This document shows positions 41,989 through 50,294 of a DNA stretch of 64,000 bases, in pieces; the stretch's first letter is position 1, and every line of letters begins with the position of its first letter. The notes beneath the pieces are model-generated. The model was not told where the DNA came from and ran no database searches. It worked only from the letters and a program-made list of their open reading frames with translations. The DNA lies in IMG/VR virus record IMGVR_UViG_3300025018_000154; one strand, given 5' to 3'. The position numbers and the translations under genes are program-made. The DNA comes from an uncultured virus (IMG/VR IMGVR_UViG_3300025018_000154) (Duplodnaviria > Heunggongvirae > Uroviricota > Caudoviricetes).

Positions 41989-42184
41989 CCCCCCGCCCAC
42001 CGTAGGAACCCCCGTGCCTCGTCTCGATCCCCGGGACGAGGCACGTTGCATTGACCCCGGGGTTCGTGGTAATGCTGTTCAAGCATTGGCCGACAACCGG
42101 CTCGCGCTCGCAGAGTGCAGTAGGAAGCACGCGAACGTGGTGGGGCAATACAACGAGGTATATCAAGAAGCGCAAGGGCAGTAA
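41903..42184 (+). CDS. o-spanin lipoprotein (Rz1-like), overlapping Rz
   Basis: Signal peptide with lipobox VSGC and Pro-rich mature part, in the +1 frame. Confidence 0.75.
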   Translation: MRYLKNLKTKAISAIFLTIFVSGCAGFNSPPPTVGTPVPRLDPRDEARCIDPGVRGNAVQALADNRLALAECSRKHANVVGQYNEVYQEAQGQ

Positions 42185-42188
42185 CGGA

Positions 42189-42476
42189 ATGTGGTGGGGT
42201 CGCGGCGACACTTCCCAACTCGACGAGAAGGTAAGGGCTACGCTAGACCACCTTCGTCGGTTGGACGAGACAGGACATCTCACTGTCCTTGACGCTCGGA
42301 GGGCAGAGATCGCCGTCCGAGCCGTTCACTTTTACGACCAATGGGAATCGGCGCTGAAGCTCGCTTCCAGCATCAAGAACGTGGCTCTGCTGGTGGGTGC
42401 CCTCTTGGCGATATATTGGGCCACGGAGGGGTGGATCGTCCACCGAATCATAGACATCGTTGGGGGTGCGCAATGA
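42189..42476 (+). CDS. Membrane protein, holin candidate
   Basis: One C-terminal TM segment; in the lysis cassette. Confidence 0.5.
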   Translation: MWWGRGDTSQLDEKVRATLDHLRRLDETGHLTVLDARRAEIAVRAVHFYDQWESALKLASSIKNVALLVGALLAIYWATEGWIVHRIIDIVGGAQ

Positions 42477-43006
42477 AGAGCTGGTCTTGGTGGCGTTCCC
42501 GCCTCGGAGAGACTGCCGTAGCTTTGGTCATCGTGGCCGTGGTGGTGCAGCTCTCCGGGGAGATCGCAGAGCGCCAGAAAGAACTCCTTCCCGCCTCGTC
42601 GTGGCTCGTGGTCAACGAGGTCTACGTCCCGGACTTCGAGCAGGGGGACTACCCGAACATTATCTACGACCGGGAGATTCAGGAGAACTTCGACGCCTTC
42701 TGGATCGTTGAAGTCCAGCGCACGTCGGACGTGGGCCTCTGGTCTACTGTCTGCTCGGGCAGTGGCGTCAACGAATACGACCCGGCCGAGGTCATCCCGG
42801 ACAACACCGTGAGCTGGGTATGGTTCACCAATACCGAGTGCGACATGGACCCCGGCGTTCACCGCCTGAAGACGACCTACACCATGACGCGCCCCGGGTG
42901 GCCCCAGAAGCGCCTCTTCGTGCTCTCGAACGAGTTCAATGTCTTGGACCCAGACGGCGGGTGCCCTATGTGCGGTCGAGGCCGAGAAGGCGACGCTGCT
43001 CCTTGA
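42473..43006 (+). CDS. Membrane-anchored hypothetical protein
   Basis: ATGA overlap; N-terminal TM segment and Cys-containing soluble domain. Confidence 0.6.
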   Translation: MKSWSWWRSRLGETAVALVIVAVVVQLSGEIAERQKELLPASSWLVVNEVYVPDFEQGDYPNIIYDREIQENFDAFWIVEVQRTSDVGLWSTVCSGSGVNEYDPAEVIPDNTVSWVWFTNTECDMDPGVHRLKTTYTMTRPGWPQKRLFVLSNEFNVLDPDGGCPMCGRGREGDAAP

Positions 43007-43205
43007 GTCTGTTCGCCCCGGTGTGGTCGGGGCACTCGTGGGACCACCCGCCCTCGGCTCGGTGGTCTCGCTTCACCTTCCAGCCCAGCTCGCGAATGTC
43101 GTCCACGGCGGCTTGGAAGTCCGCGAGGTTGTAGTCGGCGCTCATGTTGGTGCAGCGGTCACACCGAAACACCATCGCTCCAACTGATTCGTCTTTCTCG
43201 ATCAT
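42966..43205 (-). CDS. Small zinc-binding hypothetical protein
   Basis: CDRC..GW..HECPDH; AAGGAG RBS. Confidence 0.65.
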   Translation of the reverse strand: MIEKDESVGAMVFRCDRCTNMSADYNLADFQAAVDDIRELGWKVKRDHRAEGGWSHECPDHTGANRLKEQRRLLGLDRT

Positions 43206-43388
43206 GGGGTTCTCCTTGAATTGAGCGCGCGGCCCGGTCAGAATGATAGAAGGAATCAACTATAGGGGGCGGGTATGGCAAGCGAGCTGGACCACATTTT
43301 CACCTTCAGGCGTTACCAGATCCCCCCTCCGTTCATCCCCTGACTGATCCTGCAACCACTCACGGACTACCATCACGCCCTCGGTGCC

Positions 43389-43742
43389 TCACGGCCCGGG
43401 GGCTTCCTCTTTGGCGGCCTTGGCCTTCTCTGCGGCTTCCTTTTGGCGGCGTTCGGCCGAGAAGTATTCCCGGCGCTGCCGGTCGTTCCGCAGGAAGCGG
43501 TCAACGATGGACGCGGCCTCGGTCATGGCCCCCTCGCCCGGCGTGCCCTTGCGGCCGCGATGCTTGCGCCACCGCTTCAGCACGCGCAGGACGATCTTGC
43601 CTTGGGCAGCTTCGAGGCGGACGAGCTGGGCTTCGCAGGACAGGGAGCAAGCCACGTCGGCCTCTTCGCAGGTCTTGCCGCACCACTCGCAGGTGCCCGG
43701 TGTGAGGGGCGTCTGGGTCATGAGAGTGTTCTTGATCGTCAT
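43389..43742 (-). CDS. Zinc-ribbon hypothetical protein
   Basis: CEWCG..CSLSC; AAAGGA RBS. Confidence 0.7.
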   Translation of the reverse strand: MTIKNTLMTQTPLTPGTCEWCGKTCEEADVACSLSCEAQLVRLEAAQGKIVLRVLKRWRKHRGRKGTPGEGAMTEAASIVDRFLRNDRQRREYFSAERRQKEAAEKAKAAKEEAPGP

Positions 43743-43755
43743 AGCGGGAGTCCTT

Positions 43756-44151
43756 TCAGATCAGGTCGAGCCCGTCGTCTTCTTCGGGCTTGTGGGTCAC
43801 GGGCTTCTTGAAGTTCGCGAAACAGGAGAGGGCGTCTCGCAGGGCTTCGTCAGGGTCGGGGCGTTTGGCGACGGCATCGCCGTTCTGGCCGTCGGAGATG
43901 CGGGCCTCCCAGAGCGTCGGCTTGTTCTTCCGGGATGGCCCCCGGCCGTCAGGCTTCGGGGAGAACTCCACGGCACGGACGGTCATGGAGATCATGCCTC
44001 GGCCGAGACAGTCGGCCAGACCGGCCGCATGTTGCGTCGGCCCGGGCTTGCGCTTGTTCATGACGAACCCGGCGTCGCAGGAGTTCGAGCAAAAGTCGCT
44101 CCCCGGGAGAACCGGCTTGCCGCAGTTCCGACACTTGGCCTTTGTCATCAC
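43756..44151 (-). CDS. Zinc-ribbon hypothetical protein
   Basis: CRNCGKP..FCSNSC. Confidence 0.7.
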   Translation of the reverse strand: MMTKAKCRNCGKPVLPGSDFCSNSCDAGFVMNKRKPGPTQHAAGLADCLGRGMISMTVRAVEFSPKPDGRGPSRKNKPTLWEARISDGQNGDAVAKRPDPDEALRDALSCFANFKKPVTHKPEEDDGLDLI

Positions 44152-44915
44152 ACCAGCTCCATGATGTCCGAATCGTCATCGTCTTCCGGTGCAGCCAGCG
44201 CGCGGCCCGGGTCGAACTTTCCGACCTCGTTGCCCATCTGGTCCCAGCCGGGGCGTGTCGCGCGGGAGAACAGCTCGCAGTAGGGGCCGGGCACCAGCGC
44301 CTCGACCCGGGCCAGCGCCTCGTCGGGCTTCCGGCTATGCTCACGGCGCGGTGCGACGATCAGGCGACGGACTCCCTTGCCGTCGTCATTGCGCTTGGGG
44401 CTGCCTCTCGTCGCCAGCAGGGCGTCTTCCGGGTTGGCGCGGGTCCAGAACCCCATGCCGGTGAAGAAGGCCCCCTCGTCGAGCGCAGACAGCTCGGCCG
44501 CGTTCTTGTTGGTCTTGACCCAAGTGAAGCCCTTCGTCTTGAAGGTGAAACCCCACGCCTCGATCACGTCGAGCGCCATCTGGATATGCGTGTCGATGAT
44601 CCACATGAACAGCACGCAGTCCTTGGCCGCGATCTCCCCGACCGGCATGGCCTTGATCTCGTCGAGGGTCATGCAGTCATAGTGCTGCTCCGGGGAGCGG
44701 TCCTTGCCCTTGTCAGAGCGCGTCAGGAAGCTCCACGGTGGGTCGGCCACGATGGCTTGGTAGTGACGCCTGCGGAGGCCCGCCAGCGGCCCGGTGCGGA
44801 TCACGGGGCCTTTCCCCTCGACCGGCGCGTGGGGGCAGTCCTCGGCCGCGTCCTCGGTCTTGCAGCGTGTCTTGTCCACGAGGCCGCAGAATTGGCAGGT
44901 TGGTTCAATGCTCAT
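44148..44915 (-). CDS. MT-A70 family adenine methyltransferase
   Basis: IVADPPW, CVLFMW, WGFTFKT, GMGFWTRANPE, REHSRKPDE, ELFSR. Confidence 0.9.
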   Translation of the reverse strand: MSIEPTCQFCGLVDKTRCKTEDAAEDCPHAPVEGKGPVIRTGPLAGLRRRHYQAIVADPPWSFLTRSDKGKDRSPEQHYDCMTLDEIKAMPVGEIAAKDCVLFMWIIDTHIQMALDVIEAWGFTFKTKGFTWVKTNKNAAELSALDEGAFFTGMGFWTRANPEDALLATRGSPKRNDDGKGVRRLIVAPRREHSRKPDEALARVEALVPGPYCELFSRATRPGWDQMGNEVGKFDPGRALAAPEDDDDSDIMELV

Positions 44916-45202
44916 ATCAGGTCTTTCCAATCGTCCTCGACCCGGTAGTAGGTCTCGAAGAGCCGCTTGATCCCCGGGAGGTCCGGGTGCTTGTGAATCC
45001 ACGAGCCCGTGTGCGGCTCGAACTCGGTCAGGAAGAACAGGTCTTCCTCGGCCCGGGTTGTGGCGATGGTCGTGTCGATGCTCGCGGCCAGTTCGTCGAA
45101 CTCGGCGTCCGACATGATGGGGTCGTTCGCGATCTCATAGGCGTAGGCCGCGACGGAGACCCGGATGCGATTCCGGGTCTCCACGCAGAAGGCGACGGTC
45201 AC
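44912..45202 (-). CDS. Stand-alone protein resembling NAD-dependent DNA ligase domain Ia
   Basis: AYAYEIANDPIMSDAEFDEL matches the LigA YY..D.P.ISDAEYD pattern. Confidence 0.65.
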   Translation of the reverse strand: MTVAFCVETRNRIRVSVAAYAYEIANDPIMSDAEFDELAASIDTTIATTRAEEDLFFLTEFEPHTGSWIHKHPDLPGIKRLFETYYRVEDDWKDLI

Positions 45203-45549
45203 ACCATGCCCTCTTCGTCCCCCTCGTCGTCATCGCCCCGGTCGCCGTAGCTCTCGGAAGCCGTGTTGACGAGGGAGTAGGACATGCCCAGAGCTTCCCG
45301 GTAGAGTTCGCGGATGGACTCTTCCTCCGCAATATCGTTCGGGTCGCGACGGCGCTCTGCGATGATCGAGCGAAGGACTTTCGTGTCATAGCCCCGGCCC
45401 TTGGCTTCGGCCATAAGCTCTTTCTTGTCGTCCTTCAGGGCCTTCTCGTCGGCCTCGATCCGCTCGATCCGTTCGACGAAGCTCCGCAGCTCGTCCTTCC
45501 CGGACAGGCTGTTGGCCCGGTCGTCGGCTGCTTCCTTCTTGGCTGCCAT
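45199..45549 (-). CDS. gapR: GapR/DUF2312 family DNA-binding protein
   Basis: LRSFVERIERIE..KE..AEAKGRGYDTKVLR.II..LY..ALGM. Confidence 0.88.
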   Translation of the reverse strand: MAAKKEAADDRANSLSGKDELRSFVERIERIEADEKALKDDKKELMAEAKGRGYDTKVLRSIIAERRRDPNDIAEEESIRELYREALGMSYSLVNTASESYGDRGDDDEGDEEGMV

Positions 45550-46178
45550 TAGACCAGCCCTCCGGCGTCATCGTCGTCATCGTCGTCATCCAGCTCGGGC
45601 TCGTCTTGCTCGGGCAGGTTGTCCGGGTCGATCTCGACTTCGGTGATCCCCTTGCGCAGCTCGAAGAACTTGTCGCGGGTGATCTTGTCCACGTTGTCGC
45701 CAATCGGGAGCAGCTTGCCACCCTCGATCTTGAACACGCTCTCCGGGTCGCCCGTGAAGTGCCAGAACGAGTTGTTCTTCAGGCTTTTCTTGCCGAAGGC
45801 GAGCTGCCGGGCGACGGAAGCCGAGACCTCGGCCGTGGCCGCGTCAGGTTCCTTCTCCGGGGTGGCCTTGGGGGCGCTGGGCTTCGCCTTCTTCGGCTCG
45901 GCACCGAACAGCAGGGACGTGCCCAGCTCGTAGGGGGCTTCCCGACCAGCCACGGCCCGCCACGCCTCTTCGGACTCGAAGGTGCGAGACCATGCCGGGT
46001 CAACGACGGCACCTGTCCCGGGCAGACGATACGCCTGTCCCGTCAACGGATCGGCACCGTAGGGGAGGATGGGGAAGCCGACGTAGCCGGAGACGCCCCA
46101 GCCGATAATCGGCACGGGCTCTACGTCGGGGTCGAGGTCAATGAGCCACGTGCCGGGCTCGGCGGGGAAGAAGGTCAT
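45549..46178 (-). CDS. Hypothetical protein
   Basis: 209 aa, coupled to both neighbours, acidic tail. Confidence 0.7.
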   Translation of the reverse strand: MTFFPAEPGTWLIDLDPDVEPVPIIGWGVSGYVGFPILPYGADPLTGQAYRLPGTGAVVDPAWSRTFESEEAWRAVAGREAPYELGTSLLFGAEPKKAKPSAPKATPEKEPDAATAEVSASVARQLAFGKKSLKNNSFWHFTGDPESVFKIEGGKLLPIGDNVDKITRDKFFELRKGITEVEIDPDNLPEQDEPELDDDDDDDDAGGLV

Positions 46179-46591
46179 TGCGGTTCCTTTCCATAGGTTA
46201 CTTCAGAGAGCCGGTTGATCTTTCCCGCGATCCAGCGAGCCGCAGCGTCGTCGGTAAGCGTGGCAAGATCGTTCCGAGCCCAGAGATGCAGGTCGCGGAG
46301 GATATTGGCCTCCCGGTCTGCGATCCCGTTCTCGGTGATGTAGGTCTCGATGTCGATCTTGTTTCGAGCACCCACACGAAGGTCGGTAGGGGATTCCTCG
46401 GCACGGATGGAGCAGATGTGCGAGGCTTTACCGAGATCGACCGCGCCGCCCTTGGCAGCGTGGCGGGTCACATACTTCAGGATCGAGAAGCACGCGGCGT
46501 CATAGTGGTTCACGAGGGCGAACGTGAAGGGCTCGATCTTGAGTCCCTTGTAGTGTCCGCCCCCGATCTGGGTGGAGAGAGCTTTGGTCAT
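46175..46591 (-). CDS. DUF3310-like protein
   Basis: TQIGGGHYK..IEP..LKYVTRH..KGG..DLGKA. Confidence 0.75.
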   Translation of the reverse strand: MTKALSTQIGGGHYKGLKIEPFTFALVNHYDAACFSILKYVTRHAAKGGAVDLGKASHICSIRAEESPTDLRVGARNKIDIETYITENGIADREANILRDLHLWARNDLATLTDDAAARWIAGKINRLSEVTYGKEPQ

Positions 46592-46610
46592 AGCGATTCC
46601 TTTCTCTGGG

Positions 46611-46639
46611 AACATAGGCAACCCATAGTCGCCAGTCAA
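46611..46639 (-). promoter_or_regulatory. Sigma70-type promoter
   Basis: TTGACT-17-TATGTT upstream of 46591. Confidence 0.6.
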
Positions 46640-46771
46640 CTACCAGAGAGGCCAGTTCGCCCAGAGCTTCCAGATGATCGCGACCACCGTGTAGAAAAGC
46701 CCTGTAATCAGAAAGGCGACATAGATTCCCTTGGCAGCTCCAAGCGGGTCGTCGTCATCGTCGTCGTTCGT
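46640..46771 (-). CDS. 43-aa membrane protein with apparent ACG start
   Basis: AAAGGAG 6 nt before ACG; reads NDDDDDDPLGAAKGIYVAFLITGLFYTVVAIIWKLWANWPLW; absent from the ORF track. Confidence 0.5.
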   Translation of the reverse strand, partial: TNDDDDDDPLGAAKGIYVAFLITGLFYTVVAIIWKLWANWPLW

Positions 46772-46805
46772 GATGGGCTCCTTTCAGGTGCCCGTCACTA
46801 TGGCA

Positions 46806-47090
46806 TCAAGCACGGTCGATCACCAGCCCCAGAACGCTATCCCGGCGCAGCCTTTCGATGGGGAAGTGCCAGTAGTCCGGGGTCATGGTCCCCACGCTCG
46901 TCCAAAGGAGCGAGATGCCCAGCACCGAGCCCCCCGGGCCGTGCGTCAGCTTGCCGCCGGTCACCCGTCCTTCCCCGAAGTAGTCCAGCACACCCTCGCT
47001 CGTGTCGATCAGGTGGACGTGCTTGCTCCGCAGGAAGCGGAGGACGCCCGCGAGCACGATGCCCGCGAGCTTTTCCTTCAGCCAGTTCAT
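46806..47090 (-). CDS. Hypothetical protein
   Basis: MNWLKEK start, ATGA-coupled to the ACP gene. Confidence 0.6.
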   Translation of the reverse strand: MNWLKEKLAGIVLAGVLRFLRSKHVHLIDTSEGVLDYFGEGRVTGGKLTHGPGGSVLGISLLWTSVGTMTPDYWHFPIERLRRDSVLGLVIDRA

Positions 47091-47326
47091 GCCAGCCTCC
47101 GTTCGATCTCGGCCGCCATTTCCGCGATCTTCACGGACTCGTCGGGCCGGTAATCGTGCAGGACACCAGCCCCCCAGCGATCCTCGAACATGAGCTGGAC
47201 TTCCACGGCGTCGAGGGAATCCAGCCCCAGCTCGGCAAGGGTGGTCGTGCCGGTCGGGGGCACGTCCAAAGGAAAGGCCATCGACACCATGTCGATGATC
47301 TCTTGTTCGATCTCGGGTTGCTTCAT
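47087..47326 (-). CDS. acpP: Acyl carrier protein-like
   Basis: 79 aa, acidic; LAELGLDSLDAVEV phosphopantetheine site. Confidence 0.8.
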   Translation of the reverse strand: MKQPEIEQEIIDMVSMAFPLDVPPTGTTTLAELGLDSLDAVEVQLMFEDRWGAGVLHDYRPDESVKIAEMAAEIERRLA

Positions 47327-48240
47327 GTCGGTTCTCCCAGAGCTTTGTGGAACGCGGCGCGCTCGCGGTCGGACACGCCGTCGATGGAGAGGGTGGGTGG
47401 CCCCATGTCTTCCGAGAAGTCCCGCAGCTCGGCAAGGTATGCCCGGAGCGCGACCATCTCCTGCCGCGAGAACGTGTGGGATTCGAGCCGGTAGTCCACG
47501 AAGGCTTCCCAGACATCGGGCAGCCACTCTTCGACGATCCGGCAGATCACGTTCGCATAGTCTCTGATCTCCTTCTGGGCGTGCGGGTCGGCGCGCAGGC
47601 GAAGGAAGTGCAGGAGGTTGTGCAGGTTCACCTTCCAATACCACTCGGTATAGATGCCCAGCGGCAGGACTTCCCGGGCCGTCTCGCGGGCGAGGTCCAG
47701 ATCGTTCTCGTCGATCAGGTCGGCGTAGGTCATGTAGGCCGAATCATAGGCCCGGGCCATGCCGCGCCGGATCACCTTCTTCTCGTCCGCGTCATACTCC
47801 CCGGCGCGGCCCTGCTTGTTGGTCTTGCTCTGCGGGGCGAGGTCGTCAGGATGCGGCAGGTGGAACTCGCTGCGCAGGATCGAGTAGCGCGCGGAGTATT
47901 CGTTCACGCTCGCCGTCCGGTGCCTGATCCACTGCCGAGCCACGAAGACGGGCAGCTTCACGTGCAGCTTGATCTCGCACATCTCGAACGGCGTGGTGTG
48001 CCAGTGCCGCATGAGGTAGCGGAGCAAGCCCCGGTCGCTGCTGCGGCTCTCGGTGCCCTTGCCGTAGCTGACACGGGCTGCCTGCACGACCGCGCCTTGG
48101 TCGCCCATGTAGTCGATCAGGCGGATGAAGCCGTGATCGAGCACGTATTCCGGGAGGCCAAGGCGGGAGTCCATCGCGGGGACGGACGGTCTGGTGATGG
48201 TCTCGAATTGGGGGGCATCGCCCTCGAAGTCTTTGTTCAT
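47323..48240 (-). CDS. thyX: FAD-dependent thymidylate synthase
   Basis: AARVSY, HTTPFE, RHRTASVNEYSARY, HAQKEIR. Confidence 0.95.
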   Translation of the reverse strand: MNKDFEGDAPQFETITRPSVPAMDSRLGLPEYVLDHGFIRLIDYMGDQGAVVQAARVSYGKGTESRSSDRGLLRYLMRHWHTTPFEMCEIKLHVKLPVFVARQWIRHRTASVNEYSARYSILRSEFHLPHPDDLAPQSKTNKQGRAGEYDADEKKVIRRGMARAYDSAYMTYADLIDENDLDLARETAREVLPLGIYTEWYWKVNLHNLLHFLRLRADPHAQKEIRDYANVICRIVEEWLPDVWEAFVDYRLESHTFSRQEMVALRAYLAELRDFSEDMGPPTLSIDGVSDRERAAFHKALGEPT

Positions 48241-48503
48241 ATCGGTCTCGCAAGATCAGGGAAGGTCGCAGCCTTCGTGTGCTTCGTCAGTTCGTTGTAG
48301 GCGGCCGGGCCGACGAAGAGGGTGCCGTCATAGTAGAGGCCCCCTCCTGCGCGCTGCACGGCCTCCCAGCGGGGCGACACGGGCGTCCGGTGGGTCTGCC
48401 CGGGCCGCCACGGCCGGGAGAACAGGCGCTCCCGCCACGACCGCTTCACGGGCAGAGGCGGATGCACCACCACGATCCGAACGCCGGGCGGGAGCAAGGC
48501 CAT
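48237..48503 (-). CDS. Hypothetical protein
   Basis: KRSWRERLFSRPWRP; coupled to neighbours. Confidence 0.6.
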   Translation of the reverse strand: MALLPPGVRIVVVHPPLPVKRSWRERLFSRPWRPGQTHRTPVSPRWEAVQRAGGGLYYDGTLFVGPAAYNELTKHTKAATFPDLARPI

Positions 48504-48961
48504 CAGACCAGCTCGGCCGAGAGCACCGCCGCAGCGCCACCCTTCCGCTTGCCCTTCATGGCGTCCATCTTCGCCGTGTGCAGCGCGCTCTTCTCGGTGC
48601 GGCGCTGGTGCTGGCGGTAGACCTGCCGGGTCATCGGCTCGGGGTTCTCCGCAGGCTCCCGCCCGGCGAGGAACTGGATCACACGCTTCTTGTTCACGAC
48701 GCTGCCGTGCCGTTCCCGGGGTGCCTTGTATTCGCGCTTGCGCATGTCCCACGCCTTCTTCTCGCGGACGTGTGCAGGCAGCTTGGCCGGGGAGATGGCC
48801 GCCTTGAACTGGTCGAGGTTGCGCTTCAGCCAGCTCCGCTTGTCGGACACGCGCATCTTGCCCCAGCCTGCGGGGGCGATTCCGGCTTGCTCGAACTCGG
48901 CCTTCGTTTCATCCAGCTCTTTGCCGGTCAGGCCGTCGAGGTCTTCGGGTTTATAGTCCAT
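48503..48961 (-). CDS. Basic hypothetical protein
   Basis: AAGGAG RBS, MDYKPED start. Confidence 0.65.
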   Translation of the reverse strand: MDYKPEDLDGLTGKELDETKAEFEQAGIAPAGWGKMRVSDKRSWLKRNLDQFKAAISPAKLPAHVREKKAWDMRKREYKAPRERHGSVVNKKRVIQFLAGREPAENPEPMTRQVYRQHQRRTEKSALHTAKMDAMKGKRKGGAAAVLSAELV

Positions 48962-48984
48962 GAGTCTTCTCCTTGGTTTACGAT

Positions 48985-49386
48985 TCAGTCGTGGGTGCCG
49001 CGCACGTGTTCGATGGCCTTTCCCGGCGCGGCCGTGCGCCAGTCGGGCCAGTCGCGCAGCTCGTTCTTGCCCTGCTTTGCGACGATCATCTCGACGGCCT
49101 TGGCGGCCACCTGATCGAAAGGCAGGTTCGGGTTGGCCGCCGAGATCGCGCGGGTCAGCCCGTCGATACCGAGGATCGCCACGTCGGTCCACTCTTCGGC
49201 GGCCTCCATGTGGGTGTGGAAGTCGGGCTCTTCGCCCGGGTTGCCGTCGTTCTCGGCGTAGACCTTGGCGACCTCGCGCAGCTCCTTGCCTACGTGGTCG
49301 ATCACGCCCTCGGTGCGCGGACCCGGGCCGAACGTGGCGCGGGAGAACGCCGCTTGGCGGGTCAGGTGGGTGACAAAATCAGTCAT
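48985..49386 (-). CDS. DUF550 family (MazG-like dNTP pyrophosphohydrolase)
   Basis: FSRATFGPG..DHVGKELREV..EWTDV..KQGKNELRDWPDWR. Confidence 0.85.
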   Translation of the reverse strand: MTDFVTHLTRQAAFSRATFGPGPRTEGVIDHVGKELREVAKVYAENDGNPGEEPDFHTHMEAAEEWTDVAILGIDGLTRAISAANPNLPFDQVAAKAVEMIVAKQGKNELRDWPDWRTAAPGKAIEHVRGTHD

Positions 49387-50293
49387 CGTCTTGCTCCTTC
49401 AGCATGGCTTCGATGTCGGTCCAGCGGTGACGGACGCCACGCAGCAGGGCCTTGTTCTCGCGCTCCTTCTCCTGCGCCCGGGACCATGCGTCCTCGTCGA
49501 TCAGGGGTTGGATCGCGTCTTGGATCAGGGCGACCACGACCGACGGTTCGAGGGCGTCCAGCTCCCAGCTCGTGCGGCCGTGCCGGGCGATGTAGTCGGC
49601 GGCGCGCGAGTCGGTGATCTTGGCTGGGTTGGGCGGCGGCCGGTAGCGGTCGATCTGGTCCCGGTTGAGGGCGATGCGGTTGACCTCGACGCGCTCCCCG
49701 GCGAACAGACCGAGCCGGTCGTGGTTGTCCCGGGTCATGTCGATCCCCGAAGGGTCGTGGTCGCCAAGGTGGATCACCAGCGGGGTCTTCCCGTTGTCAA
49801 TCTGCGCTTGGAACCGCTTACCGGAGCGGTAGGCTTCCGAGGCGGACAGGTAGCCCTTGCAGGCCATGTAGGGCACCCGGAGCGGGCCGCACGCGCGCTG
49901 GACCACGTTCGAGAGGGCTTCCTTCTCGACCCAGACCTCGACGTAGTAGTCCTGCTCGGCCCAGAAGTCGGCGGCATACTCGCTCGGGAGGTCACGCAGA
50001 ATCTCGTCGATGCTCTCTTCGATCAGCCACGGCTTGACGCCCCGGCCGCGATCCTCGATCCCGTCCCACGGCAGCAGCCCGGCCATGCGGGCGTCCGTGA
50101 CGAGCCCACCGAGGCGCTTGTAGCTCTTCTCGCTGTTCTCGATGATGTCCCGGGAGACGAACTGGTAGTAGAGCTGGCGCAGGGTCAGGACGTAGCCCTG
50201 CCCCTCGTAGTCCGTGATGATGTCCTCGGCCAGCTCGATCAGGCGCTTGGAGTCTCCCCGGAAGTTCTTCTCGACGAATTGCTCGTAGTGCAT
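49379..50293 (-). CDS. Topo VI-A/Spo11/JetD-like wHTH-TOPRIM protein
   Basis: LTLRQLYYQ, VWVEKEAL, KGYLS, LGDHDPSG, ELDAL. Confidence 0.75.
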   Translation of the reverse strand: MHYEQFVEKNFRGDSKRLIELAEDIITDYEGQGYVLTLRQLYYQFVSRDIIENSEKSYKRLGGLVTDARMAGLLPWDGIEDRGRGVKPWLIEESIDEILRDLPSEYAADFWAEQDYYVEVWVEKEALSNVVQRACGPLRVPYMACKGYLSASEAYRSGKRFQAQIDNGKTPLVIHLGDHDPSGIDMTRDNHDRLGLFAGERVEVNRIALNRDQIDRYRPPPNPAKITDSRAADYIARHGRTSWELDALEPSVVVALIQDAIQPLIDEDAWSRAQEKERENKALLRGVRHRWTDIEAMLKEQDDD

Positions 50294-50294
50294 G

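Noticed and set aside
43260..43373. 37-codon ORF MVVREWLQ.. on minus
   Set aside because: Fills the gap but has a weak RBS and no recognisable motif; insufficient support
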